From Candidatus Nanobsidianus stetteri (lineage in GTDB: Archaea; Nanobdellota; Nanobdellia; Nanobdellales; Nanobdellaceae): a stretch of DNA of 15,043 bases. Positions 12,333 to 15,043 of the stretch are shown in pieces. Every line of letters starts with the position of its first letter. The stretch's first letter is position 1. Below the pieces are notes generated by a model, which saw only the letters and a program-made list of their open reading frames with translations, did no database searches and had not been told where the DNA came from. The stretch lies in assembly GCF_003086415.1 (NCBI RefSeq), contig NZ_QEFP02000013.1, positions 1-15,043 of the forward strand. The letters are read 5' to 3'. Both the position numbers and the translations under genes were made by a program.

Positions 12333-14264
12333 ATGGATAACAAAGTAGTAGTAACAATAAGAAGATTGTTTAGTTTTTTAATGGGGGTAGTATTATTAGG
12401 ATTGGGAGTACATTCACAATCAATAATAATAGAACCACAGACACAAACAATATTAGCAAATGCAGCAAATAATTTAACATTTATAGTAAAGTTATATGGA
12501 GTAGAACAGACACCCGAAGAGGCAAATTTGTACTTTAATATATATGCACCAAATGGACAGTTAATATACCAATATTATGAACCAATATCAGTATGTACAG
12601 GATTAAATATATATCAAGTATCAGTAAATCCATTAGAATTAGAAAATTTAGTACAACAATATAGTTCAGCAAGTTCATGTTCATCTTATACATGTTCAGT
12701 ACAACAATATAATAATTTCACAGTACAAGCAAATGTAACATTATTATATCCATCAGGTTTAGAATATGTAACAGCAAGTCAAACATATAATTTAACATTC
12801 GTACCATATAATTTAACATTATCATTAGTACAATTACCAGAAGTAATTTCACAACAACAAGCAGAACAATATGGAATAAGTGTACAATCAGTAGTATATT
12901 TACAAAATGTTGAAACAAGTATACAGTCATCTACATTAACATTAACATTATATGATTCGCAAGGAAATATTGTATATCAAACACAGGAAAATGTAAATCT
13001 ACAACCAGGAGAAAATTTATTAACTGTAAATATACCAAACTATTATTTAGAAAATGTACAAGGAGAAATGTATGTATTAGAACAATTGAATGTTGTACTA
13101 TCTAGTGGGCAAGTATTAACACAACAAGCAGAACAATCATTCTATATATCAAATAATCAAAATGGACAAAATATACAGGTAATTTCAATATCACCAAACT
13201 TTAATGCATTGCAAAATTTAGTAAACTCCATATATAATGTAGAAGTATTGATGGAGAACCCAGGTTATCAAACAGTAAATGCAACAGTTCAAATGTTATT
13301 ATATGACCAATATGGAGATTTAATATATAATTTACAAAGTTCACAAATAATATCTCCAGGTTCTCAGGGAGAAGTAACATTACCATTAGATACAGCATCA
13401 TTACAGCCAGGATATTATACATTGATATTATATGTATATCAAAATGGAGCAGAAGTATATCAATATAAATATACAATAACAGTAAACGCACAAGAAATAC
13501 AACCAGTAGATGTATTAAGTGTATATTCAAATACATTTAATGTAAAACCAGGACAATTTGTAGAATTATATGTAAATTTAGAATCTAACTTACCAATGGA
13601 TATACAGGTACAACCAATAGTAGAATCACAGCAATTAAATATATTCCAACAATTATCAACAGTAACATTATCACCAAATCAAGTAACACAATTACCAGTA
13701 GTAATATATATTCCAGGAAATTTAACAGCAGGATATTATCCAATAGAATTTGTATTCAATTATAACGGAATATCACAAACATATACATATAATTTATATG
13801 TAAATGGAAAAGTAATAGTACCAGAACCAATAAGTGCATCATTGGTTGGATATTTACCATTAAAGTATGGACAAAATTCAACAATATACTTAGTAATAAG
13901 CTCAAATACAACACAGATATATAATTTATTAATACAAGCATATGCTGTTGGAGGAGAAGTATATCCAGAACAACAAGAAGTACAAATAGGAGGTACATAT
14001 ACTGAACAAATACCATTGAATGTAACTGCAGAAAGTGATAATGTAACAGTATATGTAAATATAATAGATCAGCAAACAGGACAATTATTATATTCATTAA
14101 ATGAAACATATTCAGCATCTCAAGCACCTTCAATATCATTGCCATCATCAGCATTAATATTCTGGATATTAGTAATATTAGCAATAATAATAATAGCTGC
14201 AGTATTAATAGAATCAAGAAGGGGAGGTAAAAAGGAAAAGGAAAAGGAAAAAGCTGAAGAATAA
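12333..14264 (+). CDS. Secreted, C-terminally membrane-anchored surface protein with repeated beta-sandwich (CARDB/Ig-like) modules; S-layer or adhesin candidate (643 aa)
   Basis: - Signal-like 'RRLFSFLMGVVLLGLGVHSQS'.
- C-terminal TM 'ALIFWILVILAIIIIAAVLI' followed by 'ESRRGGKKEKEKEKAEE'.
- At least 12 N-x-S/T sequons (NLT, NFT, NVT, NAT, NST, NTT, NET).
- Recurrent module 'v.v.LYD..G.lIY......l.PGe...v.l......pG.Y.l', for example 'LTLYDSQGNIVYQTQENVNLQPGENLL' and 'MLLYDQYGDLIYNLQSSQIISPGSQGEVTLPLDTASLQPGYYTLILYV'.
- Gln/Tyr/Val/Asn/Thr-rich and nearly devoid of charged residues, unlike every cytoplasmic protein in the window. Confidence 0.7.
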   Translation: MDNKVVVTIRRLFSFLMGVVLLGLGVHSQSIIIEPQTQTILANAANNLTFIVKLYGVEQTPEEANLYFNIYAPNGQLIYQYYEPISVCTGLNIYQVSVNPLELENLVQQYSSASSCSSYTCSVQQYNNFTVQANVTLLYPSGLEYVTASQTYNLTFVPYNLTLSLVQLPEVISQQQAEQYGISVQSVVYLQNVETSIQSSTLTLTLYDSQGNIVYQTQENVNLQPGENLLTVNIPNYYLENVQGEMYVLEQLNVVLSSGQVLTQQAEQSFYISNNQNGQNIQVISISPNFNALQNLVNSIYNVEVLMENPGYQTVNATVQMLLYDQYGDLIYNLQSSQIISPGSQGEVTLPLDTASLQPGYYTLILYVYQNGAEVYQYKYTITVNAQEIQPVDVLSVYSNTFNVKPGQFVELYVNLESNLPMDIQVQPIVESQQLNIFQQLSTVTLSPNQVTQLPVVIYIPGNLTAGYYPIEFVFNYNGISQTYTYNLYVNGKVIVPEPISASLVGYLPLKYGQNSTIYLVISSNTTQIYNLLIQAYAVGGEVYPEQQEVQIGGTYTEQIPLNVTAESDNVTVYVNIIDQQTGQLLYSLNETYSASQAPSISLPSSALIFWILVILAIIIIAAVLIESRRGGKKEKEKEKAEE

Positions 14265-14270
14265 TTTTTT
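14265..14270 (+). terminator. Oligo-T tract (T6) immediately after the surface-protein stop codon
   Basis: The TAA at 14262-14264 is followed directly by tttttt. Oligo-T is the known archaeal intrinsic termination signal. Confidence 0.4.
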
Positions 14271-14271
14271 A

Positions 14272-14319
14272 TCTGTTAGCTTTAATTCATCATTTTTCAG
14301 CCTGGGACGGTTTCTTCAT
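14272..14319 (-). ncRNA. Candidate C/D-box sRNA (2'-O-methylation guide)
   Basis: Minus strand reads AUGAAGA (C-like, 14319-14313), a 12-nt spacer aaccgucccagg, CUGA (D', 14300-14297), aaa, AUGAUGA (C', 14293-14287), an 11-nt spacer auuaaagcuaa, then CAGA (D-like, 14275-14272). Box order and spacing fit the archaeal C/D architecture. The C and D boxes each deviate by one base and no terminal stem is present. Confidence 0.3.
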
Positions 14320-14324
14320 TTTGT

Positions 14325-14376
14325 GCCCCTACTAACTCAACCTTTTTCATCTATCTAAGGTTACCCTAGTAGGGGC
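14325..14376 (-). other. Relatively GC-rich extended hairpin between convergent genes
   Basis: gcccctacta (14325-14334) pairs with tagtaggggc (14367-14376), 10 bp. aacctt (14339-14344) pairs with aaggtt (14357-14362), 6 bp. The loop is 12 nt. On the minus-strand RNA the 4x4 internal loop GGGU/GAGU can form two G-U pairs and a G-A pair; on the plus-strand RNA (ACUC/ACCC) it cannot pair. The stem's last base is the first base of the amidotransferase stop codon. Confidence 0.6.
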
Positions 14377-14903
14377 TATATATATTCTAAAAAATTAATT
14401 ATTATATCTTTATTTAAAACTTCTGGATGGAACAATGAAAAATATATATTTTTATATTTATATAATACAGGAATATTTTCTACCTTTCCAATTATATAAA
14501 ATTTATCATCAATCTTTGGAATTTTTGTTATTAAAAAATATGCCTCAAAATCTTTATCAATTATTATATCTTTATTTATTACTTTTACATAATATTTTCC
14601 AATCAATTCTTTATTCTCAAAATCATAATTTAATAATTTTGTTAATATTTGGCTTCCAGAACATATTGCAAGAGTTTTTATATTATTTTCAATTATAAAT
14701 TCAAAATTTTTTATGTAATTTAAATAATCAAAATCCATTATTGCAGTACCTGTTATTATTATTTTTTCAAAATATTCATTTATTTTATCTTTATATGAAA
14801 AAACTTTATAATTAATGTTTAGATTTTTTAAAATATTTATTATTGGATATAAAAATTCATATTTTGATAGTTCTTCTTTATTTGTATGAATTATCCCAAT
14901 CAT
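14376..14903 (-). CDS. Class I glutamine amidotransferase, GMP synthase subunit A-like (175 aa)
   Basis: Nucleophile elbow 'LAICSGSQIL' (G/A-x-C-x-G-x-Q) and the His-Glu motif 'LFHPEVLNKDIIINF'. Size matches stand-alone archaeal GATase subunits. The specific partner enzyme is not determinable here. Confidence 0.6.
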   Translation of the reverse strand: MIGIIHTNKEELSKYEFLYPIINILKNLNINYKVFSYKDKINEYFEKIIITGTAIMDFDYLNYIKNFEFIIENNIKTLAICSGSQILTKLLNYDFENKELIGKYYVKVINKDIIIDKDFEAYFLITKIPKIDDKFYIIGKVENIPVLYKYKNIYFSLFHPEVLNKDIIINFLEYI

Positions 14904-14973
14904 TCTAAATAAGCATTCTTTATAATATATTCTGCATAATTTTTTTCTACCTTTATTTCATAATCTTTTATTA

Positions 14974-15042
14974 TTATCCTTTTCTTAAATAATTCTTAAT
15001 ATCATTTTCCAAATTTTCCAATCCATTATATTCTATTGGCAT
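14974..15042 (-). other. Truncated 22-codon ORF (MPIEYNGLENLENDIKNYLRKG*) sharing its first 18 codons with ORF 2-424
   Basis: It begins inside the right arm of the terminal inverted repeat and stops 4 codons after the repeat ends. Probably a non-functional remnant of duplicating the 5' end of ORF 2-424. Confidence 0.3.
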
Positions 15043-15043
15043 T
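14989..15043. repeat. Right arm of the perfect 55-bp terminal inverted repeat (partner 1-55)
   Basis: Direct reverse-complement comparison with 1-55 gives 55 of 55 identical, with a mismatch at the next base inward. Confidence 0.9.

Noticed and set aside
14301-14376. A tRNA or split-tRNA half in the 76-nt relatively GC-rich tract
   Set aside because: No cloverleaf can be drawn on either strand. The 10-bp stem closes a single long hairpin rather than an acceptor stem with D, anticodon and T arms. No T-loop (GTTCRANN) or conserved D-loop elements are present.
1723-14698. Thirteen ORFs of 67-153 aa from the track lie antisense to, or out of frame within, longer genes. They are 1723-1941(-), 4952-5161(+), 6102-6320(+), 6155-6478(+), 6465-6680(+), 6706-6954(+), 7769-7984(+), 9590-9793(+), 10283-10486(+), 12718-12930(-), 13201-13536(-), 13756-14217(-) and 14435-14698(+).
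   Set aside because: All are fully nested in stronger ORFs with recognisable families or coherent architecture. Their translations are low-complexity Leu/Ile/Phe/Tyr strings typical of shadow frames in AT-rich DNA where stop codons happen to be avoided. None has its own TATA box at -27.
1-15043. A linear plasmid or virus genome with terminal inverted repeats, since a 15-kb unit bounded by perfect ITRs resembles some archaeal linear elements
   Set aside because: The content is core housekeeping: eL33, Rrp4, Rrp41, ferredoxins, an amidotransferase and NFACT. There is no capsid, integrase, replication-initiator or packaging gene. The exact 55-bp length is also suspicious for an assembly k-mer effect.

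Overview
Very AT-rich archaeal chromosomal segment. G+C looks like roughly a quarter by eye and was not computed. Archaeal origin rests on the exosome subunits Rrp4 and Rrp41, ribosomal protein eL33 (L35Ae), and TTTATAAA boxes about 27 nt upstream of start codons, which suggests leaderless mRNAs. The extreme AT bias, tight gene packing and short or split-looking genes suggest a reduced-genome archaeon, possibly DPANN or Nanoarchaeota-like; this is inference only.

Gene content:
- Plus strand, 2-2750: a hypothetical ORF, eL33, a binuclear metallophosphoesterase, and an Lhr-like DExH helicase with only the two RecA domains.
- Minus strand, 10666 down to 5881, apparently one operon: two mono-cluster ferredoxins, three tandem paralogous membrane proteins (the middle one broken at a T8 tract), a 4xCBS protein with an HPF/RaiA-like C-terminal domain, rrp4 and rrp41.
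- Minus strand, 5832-2752: two divergent paralog-like signal-peptide/3-TM/helical-domain proteins. They are separated by a 516-bp spacer holding decayed fragments of rrp41 and of the helicase.
- Plus strand, 10719-14264: a Cas4/RecB-like nuclease broken by two frameshifts at poly-A runs, an NFACT-R (DUF814)-only protein, and a 643-aa sequon-rich surface (S-layer-like) protein.
- Minus strand, 14376-14903: a class I glutamine amidotransferase.

Other structure:
- A relatively GC-rich hairpin and a candidate C/D-box sRNA lie between the convergent surface-protein and amidotransferase genes.
- The window ends are a perfect 55-bp inverted repeat.
- No CRISPR array, rRNA, canonical tRNA or recognisable transposase or integrase was seen.

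Most interesting items:
- the CBS-HPF fusion in the exosome operon;
- three frame breaks that all fall in A/T homopolymers;
- the head-to-tail style junction of gene fragments between the two membrane-protein genes;
- the uncharacterised tandem membrane-protein family.
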